From an uncultured delta proteobacterium (lineage in GTDB: Bacteria > Desulfobacterota > Desulfobacteria > Desulfobacterales > JAFDCJ01), in assembly GCA_963769935.1 (NCBI GenBank), contig CAVYNY010000030.1, forward strand, positions 32,001-96,000: a DNA stretch of 64,000 bases, in the 5' to 3' direction. The first letter of the stretch is position 1. Each line of letters opens with the position of its first letter. Positions 54,515-64,000 of the stretch are shown in pieces. A model generated the notes under the pieces. The model saw only the letters and a list, made by a program, of their open reading frames with translations, was not told the DNA's origin and ran no database searches. Both the position numbers and the translations under genes were made by a program.

Positions 54515-55546
54515 ATGAACAGTTATGATCGGTATACGGGTGTCCTGAACGGCACACCCGTTGATATCCTTCCCCGAACCCCGATTCTGATGCAGTATGC
54601 TGCCGAGCATATTGGTGCCGACTATGCCGGATTTGCTTCGGATCACCGCATCCTGGTCAAGGCGAACCTGACATGTGCAGCAGAGTTCGGCTTCGACCAG
54701 ATCAGCTGTATATCTGATCCCTACCGGGAGACACAAGGCTTTGGCGCCTCAATTACATATCTCAAAAGCAGTCCCCCCATCAGCACCCACCCCCTGAAGG
54801 AGAACAAAAGTCTGGCTTCCCTGACCAAACCGGATCCGCTGGCTTCGGATCGGATGTCGGATAGAATAAACGCGGTCCGCGCCTATAAAAGACAATGCGG
54901 CCATGCCTATTCTATTTTAGGATGGATCGAGGGTCCGGCGGCCGAAGCCGCCAATCTGCGCGACGTAAGCGACTTTCTGATGGACCTGATAACCGACGAG
55001 CCTTTTGCCTGTGAGCTGATGGATGTCTGTGTGGAGACAGGAATCAAGTTCGCCGGGGCTCAGGTGCAGGCCGGCGCAGATACCATCGGCATCGGCGATG
55101 CCATCGCCAGCCAGGTATCGCCGGCTATGTATGAAAGACTGATTCAACCCCGGGAGAGGCGGTTGATCGCGGCCGTCAAAGAAATGGGCGCCTTTGTAAA
55201 ACTGCACATTTGCGGCAACATCACGCATCTATTGCCGGGGATTGCCGATCTTGACATCGATATCCTCGACGTGGACCACATGGTCAGGATGCGAACGGTC
55301 CGGGATGTTATCGGGCACGGTGTTGCACTTGCCGGCAACATCGATCCCGTCGGCGGGATTCTCCAGGGGACCCCGGACCTGATCCGGCGAAAGGTTCTGG
55401 AGACCTATGAACTTGTCGGCAATCCCTTTATCGTTAATGCCGGTTGCGAAATTCCTTCCGGAACTCCCCCTGAAAATCTTAAAGCGCTGTGTGAACCTGT
55501 TCCTTATCGGCCTGAAAGCAGTAGAAAGAGGGGCAATGGGAGTTAA
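54515..55546 (+). CDS. Uroporphyrinogen-decarboxylase-fold protein, MtaA/CmuA (MT2)-like methyltransferase
   Basis: EGP, GAD.I.IGD, LHICG (HxC), GNIDP, AGCEI (third Zn ligand). Confidence 0.8.
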   Translation: MNSYDRYTGVLNGTPVDILPRTPILMQYAAEHIGADYAGFASDHRILVKANLTCAAEFGFDQISCISDPYRETQGFGASITYLKSSPPISTHPLKENKSLASLTKPDPLASDRMSDRINAVRAYKRQCGHAYSILGWIEGPAAEAANLRDVSDFLMDLITDEPFACELMDVCVETGIKFAGAQVQAGADTIGIGDAIASQVSPAMYERLIQPRERRLIAAVKEMGAFVKLHICGNITHLLPGIADLDIDILDVDHMVRMRTVRDVIGHGVALAGNIDPVGGILQGTPDLIRRKVLETYELVGNPFIVNAGCEIPSGTPPENLKALCEPVPYRPESSRKRGNGS

Positions 55547-55698
55547 ACACCCCTTGAAACAAAGCTCAAGTATTTCCAGCAAGGCGGTCAACCTTTCGAT
55601 GTGATCTTTGATTCTGGTGGCCCGCAAGAACTGATCGGAATCCATATTATCTGTTAATGCCGCTTAAACGCATACCCATAAACAAAAGGAGGGTGCAC

Positions 55699-56745
55699 AT
55701 GCAAAAAATATTAAAGGGTATTGGTTGTATGTTTATCGCCGTCGCCGCGCTCGCTGTCGTTAGCGGGGCCGCATACGCGAAATCACTGATCGTCGGTGTG
55801 AGCTGGTCCAACTTTCAGGAAGAACGTTGGAAAACGGACGAGGCTGCTATGAAGGGACGACTGCAGGAGCTGGGCGCCAAATATATCAGCGCCGATGCGC
55901 AGGCCGATGCCACCAAGCAGATTGCCGACGTTGAAAACTTGATCGCCCGGGGCTGCGATGCCCTGATCATCCTGGCCTACGACGCAGATGCCATCACGCC
56001 GGCCATCTCAAAGGCCAAGGCCGAAGGCATACCTGTTGTTGGTTATGATCGCCTGATCGAAGATCCATATGCTTTTTATCTGACTTTCGATAACAAGGAA
56101 GTCGGCCGGATGCAGGCGCGCGAGGTCTTCAAAGTCAAGCCCGAGGGCAACTACGTTTTTATCAAGGGCTCCCCTACCGATCCCAATGCTGATTTCTTGC
56201 ACGCGGGGCAGCTCGAGGTGCTGAAAAAAGCCATGGATGCCGGCAAAATCAAAAACGTGGGTGAACAGTATACTGAGGGTTGGAAGCCCGAGGTCGCGCA
56301 AAAGAACATGGAGCAGATCCTGACCGCCAACAACAACAAAGTTGACGCGGTTGTGGCTTCCAATGACGGTACCGCCGGAGGTGTTGTGGCGGCGCTTACA
56401 GCTCAAGGCATGGAAGGCATCACGCCGGTATCCGGCCAGGACGGCGACCACGCCGCGCTGAACCGCGTTGCCAGAGGCATCCAGACCGTATCTGTTTGGA
56501 AGGACGCTCGCGAATTGGGCAAAGCCGCAGCCGATATCGCTGTGGCCCTGGCCAATGGCAAAAAGATCGACAACGCCATCCAGTGGGCCGGTGGTCCCAA
56601 AGGTGTTGCGATGAATGCTATTCTGCTAAAACCGGTGCCCATCACCCGGGAAAATTTAAACGTGGTGATTGACGCCGGCTGGGTGAGTAAGCAGGTGGTT
56701 TGCCAGGGTGTTGATAGCGCCAATGCACCTGCGGCATGTAAATAA
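55699..56745 (+). CDS. xylF: D-xylose ABC substrate-binding protein
   Basis: [43 protein letters not shown]. Confidence 0.9.
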   Translation: MQKILKGIGCMFIAVAALAVVSGAAYAKSLIVGVSWSNFQEERWKTDEAAMKGRLQELGAKYISADAQADATKQIADVENLIARGCDALIILAYDADAITPAISKAKAEGIPVVGYDRLIEDPYAFYLTFDNKEVGRMQAREVFKVKPEGNYVFIKGSPTDPNADFLHAGQLEVLKKAMDAGKIKNVGEQYTEGWKPEVAQKNMEQILTANNNKVDAVVASNDGTAGGVVAALTAQGMEGITPVSGQDGDHAALNRVARGIQTVSVWKDARELGKAAADIAVALANGKKIDNAIQWAGGPKGVAMNAILLKPVPITRENLNVVIDAGWVSKQVVCQGVDSANAPAACK

Positions 56746-56758
56746 AAATTGCTTTTGG

Positions 56759-56800
56759 AGGGCATTCCATTTAGATCCTGGAATGCCCTTTTTCCTTTTT
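56759..56800 (+). terminator. Intercistronic hairpin with T-run after xylF
   Basis: agggcattcca/tggaatgccct followed by ttttccttttt. Confidence 0.7.
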
Positions 56801-56863
56801 ATCGGCAATTATTGTCATAGAACCGGGGAAGGTCGATTTTAAAGTTTCTTGCGGAGTCAGTCT

Positions 56864-58093
56864 ATGTCCAACCAGGCCCAGCAGGCAGCAGTGAATGAAA
56901 GTGTGCTATCGCGACTCCTCCGACAAGTCGACATCGACAATCGAATGCTGGCCATGATCGCCGCCTTGCTCGTGATATGGGTTACACTGAATATCATGAC
57001 CGACGGCATTTTTTTCACGGCCCGGAACATGTACAATTTGGCGGTACAGTCGAGCGTCGTGGGGATTATGGCGACGGGCATGGTCCTTGTAATTGTCAGT
57101 CGACACATCGATTTATCTGTAGGATCGCTGCTGGGTTTCACGGGTATGGTCATTGCCTATCTGCAAGTCCACGTGTTCCCCCTCGGTGCGGCCTGGAACT
57201 GGCCCTTGACGATCCTTTGTGGTTTGGCCCTGGGCGGGCTTATAGGATTGTGGCAGGGCTGGTGGATTTCATACCGCGGGGTTCCTTCCTTTGTCACCAC
57301 ATTAGCAGGGCTGTTGATATTTCGCGGTGCCGCATATCTCGTAACCGATGGCCGGACCGTGGCGCCCATGGACAAAACCTACCAAATCCTGGGAGGCGGC
57401 ATCGACGGCTCCATTGGGGCGGCATGGAGCTGGATACTGGGTGGTTTGGCCATCACCTGGATGCTGATCAACACCATAATGGTGCGCAGGAGCTGCCGCA
57501 AATATGGGTTCAAATTAAAACCGCTTTGGGCCCAGCTGCTAATTCTGACCATCGGAACGGCCCTGATATGCGGCTTTGTTCTGGTAATGAATGCATATTA
57601 CAAACCCAGGACGGAGATTCCGCGCGGCATACCCGTACCGGTGCTGATCATGATCTGTGTGGTGGTGGGCATGAGCCTTCTGGCCAAAATTACCCGATTC
57701 GGCCGATATGTCTTCGCCATCGGGGGCAACCTTGAAGCGGCTGAGCTGGCGGGTATCGCGGTTAAAAAGATCACCACCCTCGTGTTTGTGGTCATGGGCA
57801 TACTCTGCGCTGTCGCTGCGGTAATTACCACGGCCCGGTTGAACGCCGGAGCGAATTCCATGGGTATGCTGGCCGAGCTCAACGTCATTGCCGCCGCCGT
57901 CATCGGCGGAGCTTCGCTGGCTGGTGGTCAGGGTACCATCACCGGCGCTATTCTGGGCGCGGTGATCATGCAAAGTCTGGACAACGGGATAGTTCTTTTG
58001 GGTATTTCCAGCGCCATGCGCCAATTGGTTATCGGCGCTGTTCTGATCATCGCCGTATGGTTTGACGTAGTTTACAGCAAAAGCAGGCCATAG
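56864..58093 (+). CDS. xylH: Xylose ABC permease
   Basis: [35 protein letters not shown]. Confidence 0.88.
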   Translation: MSNQAQQAAVNESVLSRLLRQVDIDNRMLAMIAALLVIWVTLNIMTDGIFFTARNMYNLAVQSSVVGIMATGMVLVIVSRHIDLSVGSLLGFTGMVIAYLQVHVFPLGAAWNWPLTILCGLALGGLIGLWQGWWISYRGVPSFVTTLAGLLIFRGAAYLVTDGRTVAPMDKTYQILGGGIDGSIGAAWSWILGGLAITWMLINTIMVRRSCRKYGFKLKPLWAQLLILTIGTALICGFVLVMNAYYKPRTEIPRGIPVPVLIMICVVVGMSLLAKITRFGRYVFAIGGNLEAAELAGIAVKKITTLVFVVMGILCAVAAVITTARLNAGANSMGMLAELNVIAAAVIGGASLAGGQGTITGAILGAVIMQSLDNGIVLLGISSAMRQLVIGAVLIIAVWFDVVYSKSRP

Positions 58094-58104
58094 GGAGAAA
58101 CGGC

Positions 58105-58854
58105 ATGCGCCAAAGGCCTTTAGTTGAGATGGTTAATATCCACAAGCGATTTGGCGGTGTGCATGCCGTTAACGGCGTAAGCATCGATCTCTATCCCGGC
58201 GAGGTCGCCGGTATTCTGGGTCACAATGGTGCGGGGAAAACTGTCTTGATGAAGGCTCTTTCCGGAGCCATTCCCTGCGACGAGGGCGAGATTCGCATCA
58301 ATGGTGAAAAAGTACGCATCGACTCTCCGCGGGATGCACGCAAATACGGCATTGAAACCATATACCAGACCCTGGCGTTGGCTGACAATCTGGATGCGCC
58401 CAACAATCTGTTTTTGGGAAGGGAAATCATGACGCCCTATGGGACACTCAACGATCGCGCGATGGAAAATGAAGCCCGCAAGGTCATCGCCCGGCTGAAT
58501 CCCAATTTTACAAACATCACCGATGCGGTTAAAAATATGTCCGGTGGTCAGCGTCAATCCGTAGCTATCGCCAGAGCCATATACTTCAACGCCAAAATTC
58601 TAATCATGGACGAACCCACCGCGGCCCTCGGACCCCAAGAGACGGCCATGGTCTCTGAATTGATTAAGCAGCTCAAAAGCGAGGGCATCGGTATCTTTCT
58701 GATCAGCCATGACCTGCATGACGTATTCGACCTGTCAGACCGCGTATCGGTCATCAAGAACGGCAAGTTGATCGGAACCCGGCGGACCCGGGACGTCACC
58801 AAAGACGAAGTTCTGGGTATGATTATCATGGGCAAGCTTCCGAAGGCAGACTGA
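58105..58854 (+). CDS. xylG: Xylose ABC ATPase (single domain)
   Basis: [24 protein letters not shown]. Confidence 0.85.
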   Translation: MRQRPLVEMVNIHKRFGGVHAVNGVSIDLYPGEVAGILGHNGAGKTVLMKALSGAIPCDEGEIRINGEKVRIDSPRDARKYGIETIYQTLALADNLDAPNNLFLGREIMTPYGTLNDRAMENEARKVIARLNPNFTNITDAVKNMSGGQRQSVAIARAIYFNAKILIMDEPTAALGPQETAMVSELIKQLKSEGIGIFLISHDLHDVFDLSDRVSVIKNGKLIGTRRTRDVTKDEVLGMIIMGKLPKAD

Positions 58855-58985
58855 TCGGACTTAACTGTAAATCGGCAAAAAATTGCATCAATTCTCTTGA
58901 CTTCCATGAATTCAAGGAGTTATTAATCATTTGCTGAGAAAGTAAAGCCTTATCAAGCGTCTACCTTAACAAAGGAGGAATCAGC

Positions 58986-59483
58986 ATGGACCTTAAAGAA
59001 GCTTTTAAAGTAGCGATGCAGGGGGAAATCGAAGGAAGAGAACTTTACGCCGCGGCCGCGGAAAAAGTATCCGATGCCAAGGCCAAAAAGGTCTTTTCAA
59101 ATCTGTCCAAAGAGGAAAACCTGCATTTCGAACATTTGCAGAAGCTGGCCCAGTCCCATTTCGAAGGCAAGCCGGTCGTTATCCCCCAGCTGGCGAAGAT
59201 AGAAACCTTTGGTGATGCCGAGAGCCCTATTTTTACGCGGGAGTTTAAAGATTTTGTCAAGGGACGGCATTTTGAAATTGCCACCCTGTCTATCGGCGTG
59301 AAGCTGGAACTGGAATCTTCCAAATTCTACCGCGAAATGGCGGAAAGCACGGAAGATAAATCACTGAAGGACTTTTTCCGCTATCTGGCCGACTGGGAAA
59401 ATGGGCACTACCAGGCGTTGAAACAGCAGCTCGGTTTTCTCCGGGAACACTACGAGCTTCAAAACAGTATGTTCCGGTTTTAA
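58986..59483 (+). CDS. Rubrerythrin-like / ferritin-family diiron protein (no rubredoxin domain)
   Basis: Two E..G/S..Y...EExH repeats (EENLH, WENGH). Confidence 0.85.
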   Translation: MDLKEAFKVAMQGEIEGRELYAAAAEKVSDAKAKKVFSNLSKEENLHFEHLQKLAQSHFEGKPVVIPQLAKIETFGDAESPIFTREFKDFVKGRHFEIATLSIGVKLELESSKFYREMAESTEDKSLKDFFRYLADWENGHYQALKQQLGFLREHYELQNSMFRF

Positions 59484-59950
59484 AGAGTTTGTCTATGCGT
59501 TCGGGCCTCCTCCCATTCGGGCCGATTTGCCGCTCCTTCCCCTGATGAGCCTGATGGAAATGTCCCACAGGCTGCTCATGCCCGTTTTATTTAGAAAAGG
59601 TCCTGAAGTGGAGGCCCCGATTCATTCGGCTTTCTGATGAAGGAAAGGTGGCGGATGCTTTCGCATAGACATGTGCCTGGTTCTACAGCGGACTGGCTCG
59701 CAAGGGCACCGGCCTCTCTGCCCTAAAGATCCTGAGGCTTAAATTTTTGCCCAACAATACGGGCACTTGTCACCACGTGTATTTCTGCCATTTCCCAAAT
59801 AATCGGATACCCACCTTTGTGATAAGCTCTCACCTCATCGCAGCCTTTAAAACCAAGGAATCCCCTGAGCTTTCCATAAGCTAAGTCCGGATAACCAAAG
59901 GGGCTTCCTCTGCCAAGCCTGAAAAAATCAGCCCGTTTGCGACTTTTTTG

Positions 59951-59981
59951 TTGACAATTTGAGTTAAGGGTATTTAATCAT
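59951..59981 (+). promoter_or_regulatory. Sigma70-type promoter for cstA operon
   Basis: TTGACA-16nt-TTTAAT. Confidence 0.5.
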
Positions 59982-60138
59982 TAGGAGCAACCCGATATAA
60001 TCATGCTGGCATCTTCCTGGTCTCTGGTTTTGATTTTCAGAGAAGGGAGGATTGGGAAAATTACCTGCTTTTTGCTTTTTTTCGGATGCTGCCGGAGAGA
60101 CAGCACAAACCCAACTTCAGTTGAAGAGGAGGAAGCTG

Positions 60139-61863
60139 ATGACCACAGTTATTATCGTAATTGGTTTTGCCCTTTACCTGTTGCTTTATTTTACTTACGG
60201 GAAGAAAATTGAAAGGGACGTTTTGAAGGTTTCGGACGACAATAAGGCGCCGTCCGAAACTCTCTATGACGGCGTTGATTACATACCGGCACGACGGGCG
60301 GTGCTCTTCGGACATCACTTTGCCTCCATCGCCGGTGCAGCCCCAATTATCGGGCCCGCCATCGCAATCTGCTGGGGCTGGCTTCCCGGCCTGCTGTGGG
60401 TTTGGTTCGGCAATGCCTTTATCGGAGCCGTTCACGATTATCTGGCGCTGATGTCCTCAGTGCGCTATGACGGCAAGTCGGTTCAGTTTGTCGCTTCGGA
60501 CCTCATCGGCAAAAGGACCGGGACCGCTTTTTACTGGATCGTCTTTTTTCTTTTAATTCTGGTCGTTGCCGCCTTTGCCGCCATTATCGGCGGGATGTTC
60601 GTCAGAACCCCGGAAATTTCCTCCGCATACGCATGGAAAATTTTTGCGGCACTCATTTTGGGGACGCTGATCTATCGGGTCAAAATGAATTTTACCGTCG
60701 CCACCATTATCGGTATCATTATGCTGGCCCTGGCCATCTTTCTGGGAACCAAGACCCCCATCACGGCGAGTTACGGCGTATGGATGTGGGTATTTTTCTT
60801 CTACATCATCGTTGCCGCGGCGATTCCCGTCAATGTGCTCCTGCAGCCCAGGGATTATCTCAATTCTTTTCTGCTTTACGCAGGCCTGCTCGTGGGTTTC
60901 GTGGCGGCGATTTTTGCCATCAAGGGGTTTGAAATCCCCGTCTTTTCAAGCTTTTCACCGGTTCTGCTCGGCGGAAAGCCGACCCCCTTCTGGCCGGCAA
61001 TCCCGCTGGTGATCGCCTGCGGATCGCTTTCCGGCTTTCATGCCCTGGTGGCCTCCGGAACCTCGTCCAAACAGCTGACCAAGGAAACCGATGCCCTGGC
61101 CATTGGGTATGGCGCCATGTTCACCGAAGGATTTCTATCCACCATCGTGATCGTATCAATTGCCGGTTTCGGTTACACGGCACTGAAAAACGCCGGGGTC
61201 ACTCCTGAAGCTTTAAATTTCGGAAACTGGGCTGCGGCGTTCACCAAGGTCTCGGCCTCCGTTAAGCTTTCAGCGGCAAACCTTTTCGTTCAATCCTATA
61301 CCGACATGGTTGCCGCCACCTGGCTGAACTTTATACCCGGCATTTATGTAAAGGTGATAGCCGGCATGTGGGTCGCCTCTTTTGCCATGACCACGCTCGA
61401 CACTACCAATCGCCTGGGCCGTTATTGCCTGGTTGAAATGTTGGCGCCGCTCAAGGACCGCGCCACCGGCCTGCACAATGTACTGACGAACCGCTGGGTC
61501 GCTTCCGTGATCCCGGCCGCTATCGGCATCTGGCTGGCCGCATCCGGAAACTGGCTGGTCATCTGGGGCTCATTCGGCGCGGCCAACCAATTGATTGCGT
61601 CCATTGCCTTGATGACCGGCGCCGCCTATGTAGCCAAAAGAATGAAATCCGCTTTCGCCAACATAGCGGTTATTCCGGCCTGGCTGCTGTGGATTACGGT
61701 GACGGCGGGGATTGTCTGGTTCATCTTCAACGTCCAGATCGACGCCATCGCCAAACGGCCCGGACCGGGCTGGACCATCATGGTTCTGCTGGTGGTCATG
61801 TTTGTATTGAACTTCGTATTTATTTACGACTTTATCAAATCAAAATCCTACAAGGTCGAATAG
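60139..61863 (+). CDS. cstA: Carbon starvation protein A family transporter
   Basis: DGVDY.P, FGHHFASIAGAAPIIGP, GAVHDY, LLQPRDY, IACGSLSGFH, TTLDT.R, FGAANQL. Confidence 0.93.
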   Translation: MTTVIIVIGFALYLLLYFTYGKKIERDVLKVSDDNKAPSETLYDGVDYIPARRAVLFGHHFASIAGAAPIIGPAIAICWGWLPGLLWVWFGNAFIGAVHDYLALMSSVRYDGKSVQFVASDLIGKRTGTAFYWIVFFLLILVVAAFAAIIGGMFVRTPEISSAYAWKIFAALILGTLIYRVKMNFTVATIIGIIMLALAIFLGTKTPITASYGVWMWVFFFYIIVAAAIPVNVLLQPRDYLNSFLLYAGLLVGFVAAIFAIKGFEIPVFSSFSPVLLGGKPTPFWPAIPLVIACGSLSGFHALVASGTSSKQLTKETDALAIGYGAMFTEGFLSTIVIVSIAGFGYTALKNAGVTPEALNFGNWAAAFTKVSASVKLSAANLFVQSYTDMVAATWLNFIPGIYVKVIAGMWVASFAMTTLDTTNRLGRYCLVEMLAPLKDRATGLHNVLTNRWVASVIPAAIGIWLAASGNWLVIWGSFGAANQLIASIALMTGAAYVAKRMKSAFANIAVIPAWLLWITVTAGIVWFIFNVQIDAIAKRPGPGWTIMVLLVVMFVLNFVFIYDFIKSKSYKVE

Positions 61864-61948
61864 CTTGACCGATACATTGCATGCATGGTGCCTGGCAGGG
61901 TCAATCGATGCCAGGCACCATGTACTTTCCATGCGGGGGTTAACCTTA

Positions 61949-62230
61949 ATGAAGGTTTCGGTTTTTGATTTTCTCAGAACCGTGTTTTGCGACCTGGACA
62001 ACAGCCACCGGGCGAATGTGTGTTCATTAACGATTATCGAGATGGAAGAACTGCAGAATATTTTTGCATTGCTGTTGCTGGGATCGTTTATTGGGTTGCC
62101 TGCCCCGCCGTCCTTTTTGGCGGTCGAACTTCTGCCGTACATGCAAAAAGAGCTGGAAATCCTGAATAAACGGGCCGGCAGTGCCAATGACATGTTGTCG
62201 GAAATGTTCGGATCGCTTGGGGTCGGCTGA
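61949..62230 (+). CDS. Small CstA/ArsA-associated protein with one hydrophobic segment
   Basis: EELQNIFALLLLGSFIGLPAPP...ELLPYM; stop abuts ATPase start. Confidence 0.7.
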   Translation: MKVSVFDFLRTVFCDLDNSHRANVCSLTIIEMEELQNIFALLLLGSFIGLPAPPSFLAVELLPYMQKELEILNKRAGSANDMLSEMFGSLGVG

Positions 62231-63157
62231 ATGAATTTTTTTTTCTTTACCGGTAAAGGAGGGGTCGGGAAATCCACCCTGGCAGCCGCTTCGGCCTGGC
62301 AGTTGTCTCAAAAGTACCGAGTCTTGATCGTTTCGCTGGATCCGGCCCACAACCTGGGTGATATTTTTGGGGTTGATATTCGGGGCGAACGACGCTTTTC
62401 AGAGTCGCTTCACCTGAAAGAGGTAGATTTCAAGAAACAGGCGAAGGCCTATTTAAAGAAGGAAATCAAAACACTTTCCGACAGTTACAAATATCTCCAG
62501 ACGCTGAATCTTGACACTTATTTTTCCGTTTTGAAATATTCTCCCGGCATCGAAGAATATGCTTTGCTGACCAGCATCGAGGAGACGATTCGCAACGGAT
62601 CCGGTTTCGATTATATCATTTTCGATACCCCGCCAACGGGCTTGACCCTGCGGTTTCTGGCGTTGCCGCAGGTAACCATTACCTGGATCGACCGCCTGAT
62701 TCAAATCCGGCAAAAAATTCTGGAAAAATTTTATACCATCCGCCGGATTAAAGGACCGCAAAGCACCGCAGAAACACTCTTGTCCTTTGACGAAAAAGAT
62801 GACGACATTCTGCAGAAGCTTTATTCTCTCAAATCGGGTTATCAGTCGCTCAGCCGCACCCTTCAGGGGGATGCTTGCTCGATCGCACTGGTCTTTAATC
62901 CGGATTTGTTGTCGCTGAAGGAATCTCTGCGGTTGATCGAAGGACTCGATGAACTGCACCTCCCGCTGCGTTTGCTTCTTCACAACAAGATTTCTCCGAG
63001 CAACCGGGAAATCGCCGAACGGGTGGAAGCCGAAATCGGTAAGGCGGCCGCTGCGCCGTTGATGCGGATTCGCCTGCAGTCGGACTTTCAAAAAGACAAA
63101 ACGTATAGGCTATATGATCTCGAAGAAGATCTTACACCTTATCTTGAGCGGTCCTGA
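62231..63157 (+). CDS. ArsA/Get3-family ATPase (single domain, no metalloid-binding Cys set)
   Basis: GKGGVGKST, SLDPAHNLGD, PGIEE, FDTPPTG..LRFL. Confidence 0.9.
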   Translation: MNFFFFTGKGGVGKSTLAAASAWQLSQKYRVLIVSLDPAHNLGDIFGVDIRGERRFSESLHLKEVDFKKQAKAYLKKEIKTLSDSYKYLQTLNLDTYFSVLKYSPGIEEYALLTSIEETIRNGSGFDYIIFDTPPTGLTLRFLALPQVTITWIDRLIQIRQKILEKFYTIRRIKGPQSTAETLLSFDEKDDDILQKLYSLKSGYQSLSRTLQGDACSIALVFNPDLLSLKESLRLIEGLDELHLPLRLLLHNKISPSNREIAERVEAEIGKAAAAPLMRIRLQSDFQKDKTYRLYDLEEDLTPYLERS

Positions 63158-63165
63158 AGGGAAAA

Positions 63166-63822
63166 ATGTTTGCACACCAAAATATCGTCACCCAGCCTGT
63201 TTTTTTCCTGTTCATCGGCTTTTCCTGCCTGCTGTCAGCCGTCTATTTCTGGGGAAGACGCGCAAATCAACGGCTTTATCTTTCCGCTTTCGCTGATCTG
63301 ACGGATGTGATCAAGCCTGACGATCAGACCTTTACCAATATCGGTGGGGTCGTCGGTTACCACGCCAACTTCATCCTTAAAAAAGAAAGCGTCTTTTCCA
63401 AAGTGGACGCCACCATTACACTGCTTCCCAGGCATTCTCTGCTTTACATGCCCCTCTCGAAACTGATCATGAAATTTGATCGGCTGTTTATCACCCTGTA
63501 CCTGAAAACCGCGCTCGCCGGTGAGGGGCACCTGATTGAAAAGCGCTATGCCGGATTTCGGGCGCCGAAAATAACCAACGCTCCCCGGCTGGAAAAAATT
63601 GAGATCAAATGGGGTAATTACGATTTTTTGCTTTATTTTGAGCAATATAAAATGCGTGATCAACTCATGTCTTTTGTAAAAAAAAACCCAGACCCCGGAA
63701 GCATCCGACATATTGCTATTGTTGCCAGCGAGCGGAAATGCTATCTTTTCATGATACCAAAGCGGGGCAGGGTCAAGGAGAACTTTACACCCGTTTACCG
63801 CTGGCTTGGCTCAGTGTCATAA
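63166..63822 (+). CDS. Hypothetical protein with N-terminal TM anchor; possible CCDC47/DUF1682-like
   Basis: TM followed by YFWGRRANQRL; LLPRHSLL...FDRLFI; 8 nt after ATPase stop. Confidence 0.6.
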   Translation: MFAHQNIVTQPVFFLFIGFSCLLSAVYFWGRRANQRLYLSAFADLTDVIKPDDQTFTNIGGVVGYHANFILKKESVFSKVDATITLLPRHSLLYMPLSKLIMKFDRLFITLYLKTALAGEGHLIEKRYAGFRAPKITNAPRLEKIEIKWGNYDFLLYFEQYKMRDQLMSFVKKNPDPGSIRHIAIVASERKCYLFMIPKRGRVKENFTPVYRWLGSVS

Positions 63823-64000
63823 ATGTCTTTCTTTAATTTTCTAGCCAGATCGGTTTGAAAATATTTGACCTTAACGGGCGCAATTTGAGCAATATCCCGC
63901 CTAAATATATACGCGCCCCTATCCTCCTTCACAAAATCCTTCTCGGAGATATATCCTTCTATACAGACAGTGATTCAGCCAGGCCGGATCCTGAATCATT

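Noticed and set aside
54515..55546. HemE uroporphyrinogen decarboxylase
   Set aside because: Lacks the MRQAGR motif and has the HxC/C Zn signature of MT2-like proteins.
59500..59940. Possible small gene or remnant in the rubrerythrin-cstA gap
   Set aside because: An open minus-strand stretch exists but has no good start or recognisable homology.
62231..63157. Arsenic-resistance ArsA
   Set aside because: Single domain, lacks the Cys ligands, and no ars genes in context.

Overview
Chromosomal window from a deltaproteobacterium, probably Desulfobacterales-like (inferred from gene repertoire and intergenic repeat style; no marker gene proves it). No CRISPR, rRNA, integrase or intact IS was seen. 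In order: probable ScpB C-terminus; tRNA-Val(CAC); a DUF6502 / DUF5666 / DUF4382 lipoprotein cluster with a perfect 22-bp palindrome in its promoter; a Zn-ribbon-PilZ fusion; a hybrid histidine kinase; an orphan ParA with a small partner; NUDIX; NEW3-domain protein plus ABC exporter; groES-groEL; a GdhA homolog lacking its catalytic lysine; a C39-like membrane protein; gluconokinase plus 2-hydroxyacid dehydrogenase; dinB; glgP; an MCP / PP2C-kinase / STAS operon behind a sigma28-type promoter; USP; a Liv ABC operon with indels in all five genes; a TauE / CMK-like / two-component module; gene remnants; a sugar island (xylA, ROK repressor, four matching 23-bp operators, two ABC systems, an MtaA-like methyltransferase); a ferritin-like protein; and a cstA - small protein - ArsA/Get3-like ATPase - possible CCDC47-like operon. 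Best candidates for undescribed systems: the cstA/Get3-like operon, the DUF6502 cluster, the pseudo-GDH and the methyltransferase in the sugar operon. All family assignments come from motif recognition, not database searches.
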